A DNA stretch of 32,000 bases, from contig NC_017039.1 in NCBI RefSeq assembly GCF_000284455.1, forward strand, positions 2,070,001 through 2,102,000. Direction: 5' to 3'. Numbering within the stretch: position 1 is the first letter of the stretch; each line of letters starts with the position of its first letter. Position numbers and translations under genes: made by a program. The stretch is from Synechocystis sp. PCC 6803 substr. PCC-P. Its GTDB lineage: Bacteria > Cyanobacteriota > Cyanobacteriia > Cyanobacteriales > Microcystaceae. Below, piece by piece: positions 25,470 to 32,000 of the stretch. The notes under the pieces are model-generated. The model was not told the origin of the DNA, did no database searches, and saw nothing but the letters and a program-made list of their open reading frames with translations.

Positions 25470-26429
25470 ATGAATCGCTTCCAATCTATCCTTGGTCAAG
25501 ACCAAGCCATTGCTCTACTCCAACAGGCGATCGCCCAGAAACGCATTGCTCCGGCCTATTTGCTAGTGGGGCCAGAGGGGGTGGGCAAAAGTTTAGCCGC
25601 CAAGGCCTTTGGGGAAACCTTGCTAATGGGCTTGGGTACTAAAAGCGATCGCCAGGAACGTTTTTTTGCCGGGAATCATCCCGATTTATTGAAAATAGAA
25701 CCCACTTTTCAACACCAGGGCAAACTGCTAACCGCCAGCGAAGCAGACCAGGCTGGACTTAAACGACGGGCGGCTCCATTAATCCGAGTGGAACAGGTGC
25801 GGGAAATCAACCGTTTCCTCAGTCGTCCCCCGTTGGAAGCAGACAGGGCTGTGATTCTGATCGAGGAAGCCCAAGCTATGAATGAAGGGGCCGCCAATGC
25901 CTTGCTCAAAACCTTGGAAGAACCAGGAAGGGCTACTTTAATCCTTTTGGCCCCCAGCGTTGATGTCCTGTTGCCCACCATTGTTTCCCGCTGTCAACGC
26001 ATCCCCTTTTATCGTTTAGGGGAAGGTGATATGACCAAAATTTTGCAGAGATTGGGCCGTCAGGAAATCCTCCACCACCCCGAACTGTTGGCGATCGCCC
26101 AGGGGAGTCCCGGTCTGTTATTTCAAGCTTGGGAGCAAATGCAGAGCATTCCGGCGGAACTGCGGCAAAAGTTAATGCAACCACCAACTAGTCCTCTAGC
26201 AGCCTTTGATTTGGCCAAGATGGTGGATGGCAACTTGGATAACAGTGCCCAACTCTGGTTAGTGGACTATCTCCAGTATCACTATTGGCATGGCCACCAC
26301 CAACGGCCATGGTTAGAAATTCTGGAAAAAGCCCGTAAATACCTGGCCGCCTACGTTCAACCTCGGCTAGTGTGGGAAACGACTTTCCTCGCCCTTTATC
26401 GTTTAGAAAACTCTGGCGATCGCCGATAA
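25470..26429 (+). CDS. holB: DNA polymerase III delta-prime subunit
   Basis: I use the ATG at 25470 (MNRFQSILGQDQAI). It has Walker A-like GPEGVGKS, ANALLKTLEEP and a SRC motif (VSRCQRIPF). Confidence 0.85.
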   Translation: MNRFQSILGQDQAIALLQQAIAQKRIAPAYLLVGPEGVGKSLAAKAFGETLLMGLGTKSDRQERFFAGNHPDLLKIEPTFQHQGKLLTASEADQAGLKRRAAPLIRVEQVREINRFLSRPPLEADRAVILIEEAQAMNEGAANALLKTLEEPGRATLILLAPSVDVLLPTIVSRCQRIPFYRLGEGDMTKILQRLGRQEILHHPELLAIAQGSPGLLFQAWEQMQSIPAELRQKLMQPPTSPLAAFDLAKMVDGNLDNSAQLWLVDYLQYHYWHGHHQRPWLEILEKARKYLAAYVQPRLVWETTFLALYRLENSGDRR

Positions 26430-26537
26430 TTCCCCAATAACTAGCCCCAAGATTGTTCTTGCTGAACGGTTCCAATGCTAAGCCTCCCTGACAATGGGGA
26501 CAAAACAGGCGCAAAAGGGGCTTAGTCGGACAAAACG

Positions 26538-26551
26538 GTATCCTATGCTAC
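26538..26551 (+). promoter_or_regulatory. NtcA-type binding site GTA-N8-TAC with a downstream -10 (TAGTAT at 26575-26580)
   Basis: GTATCCTATGCTAC was read directly. A 23-nt spacer leads to TAGTAT. The site is ~200 bp upstream of the urtA ATG. Confidence 0.55.
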
Positions 26552-26747
26552 ATAATTTTTTCTTAACCTACTCGTAGTATGGGGTCTTATTTGTTTCCGG
26601 CGGATTTACCCTGGAAATCCACTGCCTTGTTGACCAAAATAAACTGCGGATAAAAACTTTTTAAGAGCACTGTTTCCGCCCAATAAACTCCTCCCCACCA
26701 GCCAACAAGCATATTTAGAATCCTTACGAGGTAATAATTTTTCGCGT

Positions 26748-28088
26748 ATGACTAACCCTTTTGGAAGACGTAAATTTTTGCTGTATGGATCAGCAACCCT
26801 AGGCGCCAGTCTATTGCTCAAAGCCTGTGGCGGCGGCACGGAACCTACCACCGAACCCACTGCTGAACCGACTGAGTCCCCCACCACCGGTACTGCTCCC
26901 ACCGGGGAACCGATTAAAGTTGGTTTGCTCCACTCCCTCAGTGGCACCATGGCCATCAGTGAAACCACCGTGGTGGAAGCGGCGGAACTGGCGATCGAAG
27001 AGATCAATGCGGCCGGTGGAGTTTTGGGTAGACCCATTGAAGCCATCAAAGAAGATGGAGCTTCCGATTGGCCGACTTTTGCGGAAAAAGCGGCTAAGTT
27101 AATTGACCAAGATAAGGTACCCGTAGTCTTTGGTTGTTGGACTTCCGCCAGCCGGAAAGCGGTACTGCCGGTATTTGAAGCCAAAAATCATATGCTTTGG
27201 TACCCAGTACAGTACGAAGGTCAGGAATGTTCCAAAAACATTTTCTACACCGGTGCCGCCCCCAACCAACAAATTGAACCGGCGGTGGATTGGTTGCTGG
27301 AAAATAAAGGCAATAAGTTCTTCCTGGTGGGTTCCGATTACGTTTTCCCCCGCACTGCTAACACCATCATTAAAGAGCAGTTGAAAGCCAAAGGTGGCGA
27401 AACCCTTGGGGAAGATTACCTACCCCTGGGTAACACCGAAGTTACCCCTATCATCACCAAAATCCGGGAAGCCCTGCCCGATGGCGGCGTAATTTTCAAC
27501 ACCCTGAATGGGGACAGTAATGTTGCCTTCTTCAAGCAGATCCAAGCCGCTGGTTTGACCCCCGATAAATATCCGGTCATGTCCGTGAGTGTGGCGGAAG
27601 AGGAAGTACGTCAAATTGGTAAGGAGTATCTGCTCGGCCAGTTTGCTTCTTGGAACTATTTCCAGAGTGTGGATACCCCTGCCAACCAAAAATTTGTGGC
27701 AGCTTTTAAGGCTAAATACGGTGAAGACCGGGTGACCAACGACCCCATGGAAGCAGCTTATATTTCCGTTTACCTCTGGAAGGCGGCGGTGGAAGCGGCT
27801 GGAGATGTGGGTGAAACTCCCGAAGGCTTAGAAAAAGTCCGGGCGGCGGCGATTGGTAAAACCTTTGACGCTCCGGAAGGCATGGTGACCATGCAACCCA
27901 ACCACCACATTTCCAAAACTGTCCGCATTGGGGAAGTCAATGACGAAGGTCAGTTCACCATTGTTTGGTCCAGTGATGGCCCCGTGGACCCCATTCCCTG
28001 GAACCAGTTCGTACCGGAAACCAAAGGTTTCACCTGCGATTGGACCCGCACAGATGTGGAAAATCCTGGTAAGTTCAAGGCCAGCTAA
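26748..28088 (+). CDS. urtA: Urea ABC transporter substrate-binding lipoprotein UrtA
   Basis: 446 aa with a signal peptide and lipobox (LLLKAC), a Thr/Pro/Glu-rich linker, and a type I periplasmic binding fold ([17 protein letters not shown]...) characteristic of UrtA/AmiC-like proteins. Confidence 0.88.
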   Translation: MTNPFGRRKFLLYGSATLGASLLLKACGGGTEPTTEPTAEPTESPTTGTAPTGEPIKVGLLHSLSGTMAISETTVVEAAELAIEEINAAGGVLGRPIEAIKEDGASDWPTFAEKAAKLIDQDKVPVVFGCWTSASRKAVLPVFEAKNHMLWYPVQYEGQECSKNIFYTGAAPNQQIEPAVDWLLENKGNKFFLVGSDYVFPRTANTIIKEQLKAKGGETLGEDYLPLGNTEVTPIITKIREALPDGGVIFNTLNGDSNVAFFKQIQAAGLTPDKYPVMSVSVAEEEVRQIGKEYLLGQFASWNYFQSVDTPANQKFVAAFKAKYGEDRVTNDPMEAAYISVYLWKAAVEAAGDVGETPEGLEKVRAAAIGKTFDAPEGMVTMQPNHHISKTVRIGEVNDEGQFTIVWSSDGPVDPIPWNQFVPETKGFTCDWTRTDVENPGKFKAS

Positions 28089-28094
28089 ATTGGC

Positions 28095-28113
28095 CTAGTT
28101 TTTACTAGTTTTT
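28095..28113 (+). terminator. Weak hairpin plus T5 after urtA
   Basis: CTAGT-TTTT-ACTAG is followed by TTTTT. The stem is short and AT-rich. Confidence 0.3.
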
Positions 28114-28289
28114 AACCGAGTAAAGAACTAAAACACTGCTCACTGATTGTTTGATGGTTTGAATTATTACGGCCATTGGCCCCATTGATTTCCCTAGAAC
28201 GGAATTTGAAGGGGCCAGTGGTTTTTTCTTGCTCCATTCGGCGTGATTAGGTGAAGATAGGGCCCTAAGTTTCTCCTCCATTGACAACC

Positions 28290-29807
28290 ATGGCTAAAGC
28301 CCGGACAAAGTTTGTTTGCTCTGCCTGTGGGGCGGATCATGCCCAATGGTTTGGCCGCTGCCCCAAATGCCATGAGTATGGAAGTTTGCAGGAGGAAATT
28401 GTCAATGCCGTTTCTAGTGGTACCAATCACCGTAGTTTAGGGGCGCAAAAATCCCGTTCTTCCAAGGTAAAAACCGGCCAGCCCCAGGCGGCTTTAACTT
28501 TTTCCCAGATTCGCCAGGAAAATCAAGGGCGTTTCCTCTCTGGTTACGGGGAGTTGGACCGGGTTTTGGGAGGGGGCATTGTGCCAGGGGCGTTAATTTT
28601 AATTGGCGGAGATCCGGGCATTGGCAAATCAACTTTGTTGCTCCAGGTGGCTTTCCAGTTGGCCACCCGTTTGCCCCGGATTTTATACGTTTCAGCGGAG
28701 GAATCAGGACAACAAATTAAGCTCCGAGCCACCCGCTTAGGCATTACCCAAACCGTTGAGCCAAGCCAAGCTCAAGATGGCATAAACAATCTTGCCCACG
28801 ATGGCAATTTATTTGTTTTACCGGAAACTAATTTGGACGATATTTTGCGGGAATTGGAAGCCTTGCAACCCCAGGTGGCCATCATTGACAGTATTCAAAA
28901 TTTATATTTTCCGGCCCTTAGTTCGGCCCCTGGTTCCGTTTCCCAAGTGCGGGAATGTACGGGTTTATTAATGCAATTGGCCAAGCGAGATCACATTAGT
29001 TTGTTTATTGTGGGGCACGTAACTAAAGAAGGGGCGATCGCCGGGCCGAAGGTTTTGGAGCATTTGGTGGATACGGTGTTGTATTTTCAGGGCGATCGAT
29101 TTGCATCCCATCGCTTGCTGAGATCCGTAAAAAATCGTTTTGGGGCCACCCAGGAAATCGGCATTTTTGAAATGGTGCAATCGGGGCTGCAGGAAGTGCT
29201 CAACCCGTCCCAATTATTTTTGGGCAGTCGGGAGGAATTTATGTCCGGCACCGCCATCACTGTGGCTTGTGAAGGTACCCGCCCCTTGGTGGTGGAATTG
29301 CAAGCTTTAGTGAGTCCCACCAGTTACGCTTCCCCTCGGCGATCGACTACTGGGGTGGACTACAATCGCCTTTTACAAGTTCTGGCTGTATTGGAAAAAC
29401 GCCTGGGGGTACCCCTCTCTAAATTGGATGCGTACCTATCGGTGGCGGGGGGTCTGGAGGTGGAAGAACCGGCGGTGGATTTGGCCATGGCGATCGCCTT
29501 GGTGGCTAGTTTCCGGGACCGGGTGGTGGACCCAACCATGATTATTCTGGGGGAAATCGGTTTAGGCGGCCAAATTCGTCCCGTTTCCCAGTTAGAAATT
29601 CGTTTAAAAGAAGCGGCAAAGTTAGGGTTCAAAAAGGCCATTGTGCCCAAAGGTCAAACGGGCATTGAATCCGCTGGCATCAAGCTGATCCCTGTAGGCA
29701 AGGTCTTTGCGGCGATCGCCGTTGCTCTACCAGCCAACGAAAATACAACGGATCAAGGCAATGGGTCAGAAGCCAAAATTGAGGAGGACTTAGGTAAAAA
29801 GGATTAG
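28290..29807 (+). CDS. radA: DNA repair protein RadA/Sms
   Basis: I use the ATG at 28290 (MAKARTKFVCSACG...CPKC zinc finger). It has Walker A GDPGIGKST, the KNRFG motif and a Lon-protease-like C-terminal domain. Confidence 0.92.
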   Translation: MAKARTKFVCSACGADHAQWFGRCPKCHEYGSLQEEIVNAVSSGTNHRSLGAQKSRSSKVKTGQPQAALTFSQIRQENQGRFLSGYGELDRVLGGGIVPGALILIGGDPGIGKSTLLLQVAFQLATRLPRILYVSAEESGQQIKLRATRLGITQTVEPSQAQDGINNLAHDGNLFVLPETNLDDILRELEALQPQVAIIDSIQNLYFPALSSAPGSVSQVRECTGLLMQLAKRDHISLFIVGHVTKEGAIAGPKVLEHLVDTVLYFQGDRFASHRLLRSVKNRFGATQEIGIFEMVQSGLQEVLNPSQLFLGSREEFMSGTAITVACEGTRPLVVELQALVSPTSYASPRRSTTGVDYNRLLQVLAVLEKRLGVPLSKLDAYLSVAGGLEVEEPAVDLAMAIALVASFRDRVVDPTMIILGEIGLGGQIRPVSQLEIRLKEAAKLGFKKAIVPKGQTGIESAGIKLIPVGKVFAAIAVALPANENTTDQGNGSEAKIEEDLGKKD

Positions 29808-30394
29808 GGACAAAATAGAGTCTCTTTTGTTTCTCGTCCTGTGACTGGATTGGTTCCCTTGGCTAGCCCACAAAGATAGTCCTCCGTGTCGGGCCGCAGA
29901 ATAATATCCGTCAAATCAGCCCCTTCGATGTCTACTTCCCCAAACTTGGTATTGGTGCCAAAGGAACCCTCCAAGCGAGCATTGCGAAGATTAGCATGGG
30001 TCAAACGAGCCGATTCAAAATCTACGCCCCGGGCATCGGCCCCCTCTAAAATAGCCCCATCCATGTTGGCAGAAAAGAATCGTGCTCCCTGCAGATTGGC
30101 TCCAGTGAAGTCCGCCCCCCGTAAATTGGCATGGTCAAAGATGGAGCCCCGCAGATCCTGATGGGAAAAATCTGCCCCCACTAAGTTACCCCGGTTATAG
30201 TCTAGGGCTAGGCTAGGGCTTGCGAGGCTCCCCAAAGCGAGGATAAAAGTAGCAACTAGAATGCCAGTCCGGACTACGAACTGCCATCGGCCAAGGGACT
30301 GGGGCTTTTCCCTCTGGACCCTGGCGATCGCCTTCCATGGGAATAGATTGGGGGTGAAAAATTTTTGACAAATTACTAAAAAATTCATTAACAT
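29804..30394 (-). CDS. Pentapeptide-repeat protein with signal peptide (lumenal/periplasmic type)
   Basis: Tandem A(D/N)LxG-type pentapeptides (ANLRGADFTGANLQGARFFSANMDGAILEGADARGVDFESARLTHANLRNARLEG). The N-terminal hydrophobic segment ends ASPSLA-LD. Confidence 0.8.
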   Translation of the reverse strand: MLMNFLVICQKFFTPNLFPWKAIARVQREKPQSLGRWQFVVRTGILVATFILALGSLASPSLALDYNRGNLVGADFSHQDLRGSIFDHANLRGADFTGANLQGARFFSANMDGAILEGADARGVDFESARLTHANLRNARLEGSFGTNTKFGEVDIEGADLTDIILRPDTEDYLCGLAKGTNPVTGRETKETLFCP

Positions 30395-30438
30395 TCAGCT
30401 CCCATAGCACTTACCTTTTTCCACTATACATCAGTGCC

Positions 30439-30555
30439 TAAGAGCCTGTTGGTCGAGTTTTAGCTTGTCCCTAAAACCGAGCCGTTAGAAATCCGATCAT
30501 GGGGGAGAAATTTTATTTAGTTTCCCCAAAAATTGGAGAGTCAGGAGAAATTTTA
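30439..30555. repeat. Second copy or relative of the MITE-like dispersed repeat
   Basis: TAAGAGCCTGTTGG...AGCTTGTCCCTAA... parallels 8114-8145. It is followed by GGGGAGAAATTTT...TTTCCCC...GGAGAAATTTT hairpin and direct-repeat motifs. Confidence 0.4.
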
Positions 30556-30595
30556 AAAGCGAACTAAATTGTGGTTACCTCTGCCGTTAAGTTCG

Positions 30596-32000
30596 TCAGT
30601 CATCCTGCAGGGCTAAAAGTTTTTCATTCAACACCTGTAAATATTCATCACTGATGTCATCGGCTAATATACCCTTTGCTAAGGCATCATTAATGGCACT
30701 TTTTTCTGCTATGTAGAGACGCCGATATAGGCCATCAATGTATTTCTTTTCCACTTCGCCCTCGGAAAAAATTAAATTTCTCTGGTTATAAAATTCTCTT
30801 AATTCTTGCTCAGAGTTGGCAATACGAGCTTGATAATCGGCGAATAGTTCTTCATATAAAAACTTAGGTAAACTTCCCGCTTCTAACAAATATTTTAACT
30901 CTCCTTGGGCGGCCTTAGCTGTGACCAAATTCAACTGGAGCATGGCAATTTTTTGAGCCAATGGAGAAGGTTTGCTTAGTTGCAATTTTTTCACCACCCA
31001 AGGCAAACTCAAACCCTGGCCAATTAGGGAAACCATCACGGTGCTGAATACCAGTGTCACCACCTGATCCCTTCCTGGTAGAGTCAGGGGCAAGGCTAAG
31101 GCCAGGGCCATCGAAAGGGAGCCTTTGACATTACCCGCAATTAAAACGTGTTGCCAACGCAGGGGCAGGGGGCGATCAAAAAAGCTGAGCAGATAAAGCA
31201 AGGGATAAATGGAGAAAACACGACCAATTTGATAGGCCACAATGGCAATCAGGGCTGCAGGAATGGTGGAGAGGAGAATACTCGGATAGACTTCAATGCC
31301 CACCAACAGAAAAATAAGAGTGTTAACTCCGAAACCGGCGTATTCCCAAAAACTTAACAGGGTGACCTTAATCGAGGCGGAGGTCTGTTTCAGAGCCAAA
31401 TTACCAATTACCAACCCTGCCACCACCACGGCGATCGCACTGGAAACCCCCAGCATTTGACCAATTTGGAAAGTTCCAAGGGAAACGGACACGGTGAGGA
31501 GAATATCACTCAGGTCATCGTTGAGTTGGCGAAAAAGACCCACACAGAGATAGCCCAGCCCCAGCCCCACCAAGCCGCCCCCCACAAAGGCAACAAAAAT
31601 TTGTCTAATGCCTTCCCCAGCGCTAAAGCCTCCTTGGATATGGATGGTGGTAATGACGCTGAGCAACACCATGGCCACCCCGTCATTGAGCATACTTTCC
31701 CCTTCCACAATGGTGGCTAAACGGCGGGGAACTGGCACACTCCGAAAAGCGGCAATGACGGAAACGGTGTCAGTGATAGTGAGGATAACACTAACCCCAG
31801 CGGCGGTAACCCAAGCCAAACCCAGGCCGATTTTTAACAACACAGCGGTGATAGCGGCCGATATTACGACCCCAGGGCCGGCCAACACAGTAATAGGTTT
31901 GATGGTGCTGCGTAAACGGCTGATGTCGGTGTTGATTGCCGCTTCAAAAATGAGAATGGGCAAAAAGAAATTCAGGATTAGTTCCGGATTTAGTCCAACC
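30596..32000 (-). CDS. Na+/H+ antiporter, CPA1 (NhaP-type), 5'-partial (N-terminus lies beyond the right window edge)
   Basis: The frame stays open upstream of the ORF-track start, reading ...GLNPELILNFFLPILIFEAA, the typical CPA1 TM4-5 motif. It has many TM segments and a long soluble C-terminal tail. Confidence 0.85.
   Translation of the reverse strand, partial: VGLNPELILNFFLPILIFEAAINTDISRLRSTIKPITVLAGPGVVISAAITAVLLKIGLGLAWVTAAGVSVILTITDTVSVIAAFRSVPVPRRLATIVEGESMLNDGVAMVLLSVITTIHIQGGFSAGEGIRQIFVAFVGGGLVGLGLGYLCVGLFRQLNDDLSDILLTVSVSLGTFQIGQMLGVSSAIAVVVAGLVIGNLALKQTSASIKVTLLSFWEYAGFGVNTLIFLLVGIEVYPSILLSTIPAALIAIVAYQIGRVFSIYPLLYLLSFFDRPLPLRWQHVLIAGNVKGSLSMALALALPLTLPGRDQVVTLVFSTVMVSLIGQGLSLPWVVKKLQLSKPSPLAQKIAMLQLNLVTAKAAQGELKYLLEAGSLPKFLYEELFADYQARIANSEQELREFYNQRNLIFSEGEVEKKYIDGLYRRLYIAEKSAINDALAKGILADDISDEYLQVLNEKLLALQDD

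Noticed and set aside
25709-27184. Minus-strand ORFs across holB, the holB-urtA spacer and the 5' part of urtA (25709-25981, 25933-26187, 26188-26514, 26606-27184), plus + strand off-frame ORFs in urtA
   Set aside because: They are antisense or off-frame to well-supported genes, or they span the promoter region that holds the NtcA box. Their sequences are low-complexity, so they are treated as spurious.

Overview
This looks like a cyanobacterial chromosome segment. The HIP1 octamer GCGATCGC is scattered through most genes. From memory, not from a search, the gene set and protein sequences resemble Synechocystis sp. PCC 6803 or a close relative. Most of the window is core metabolism and housekeeping: a FetB-like permease, a carotenoid oxygenase, cpcT, pgsA, an Flv1-type flavodiiron protein, recN, psbO, tRNA-Gln, aroA, a radical SAM enzyme, tRNA-Asn, isoaspartyl peptidase, purB, a Uma2 nuclease, ureB, MPBQ methyltransferase, holB, urtA, radA, a pentapeptide-repeat protein and a partial NhaP antiporter. 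Two AT-rich stretches with no HIP1 interrupt this. One is a yefM/yoeB module at 2.5-3.1 kb. The other is a ~6.2 kb islet (7.95-14.13 kb) between recN and psbO. The islet holds a PilX-like secreted protein behind a perfect CRP-type palindrome. That protein ends in a 30x (S/T)-P stalk encoded by ten 18-bp tandem repeats. Convergent to it is a prolyl-4-hydroxylase-like 2OG/Fe(II) oxygenase bracketed by ~45-bp imperfect direct repeats. Three toxin-antitoxin cassettes follow: a DUF2281-type antitoxin with a vapC carrying an in-frame opal stop, an intact brnT/brnA pair, and a yefM with a truncated yoeB. The best candidate for an undescribed system is the SP-repeat pilin-like protein plus the adjacent P4H-like oxygenase, a possible hydroxyproline-rich surface or pilus stalk module. 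This is inference only. All coordinates and motifs were read by eye. No searches or computations were run.
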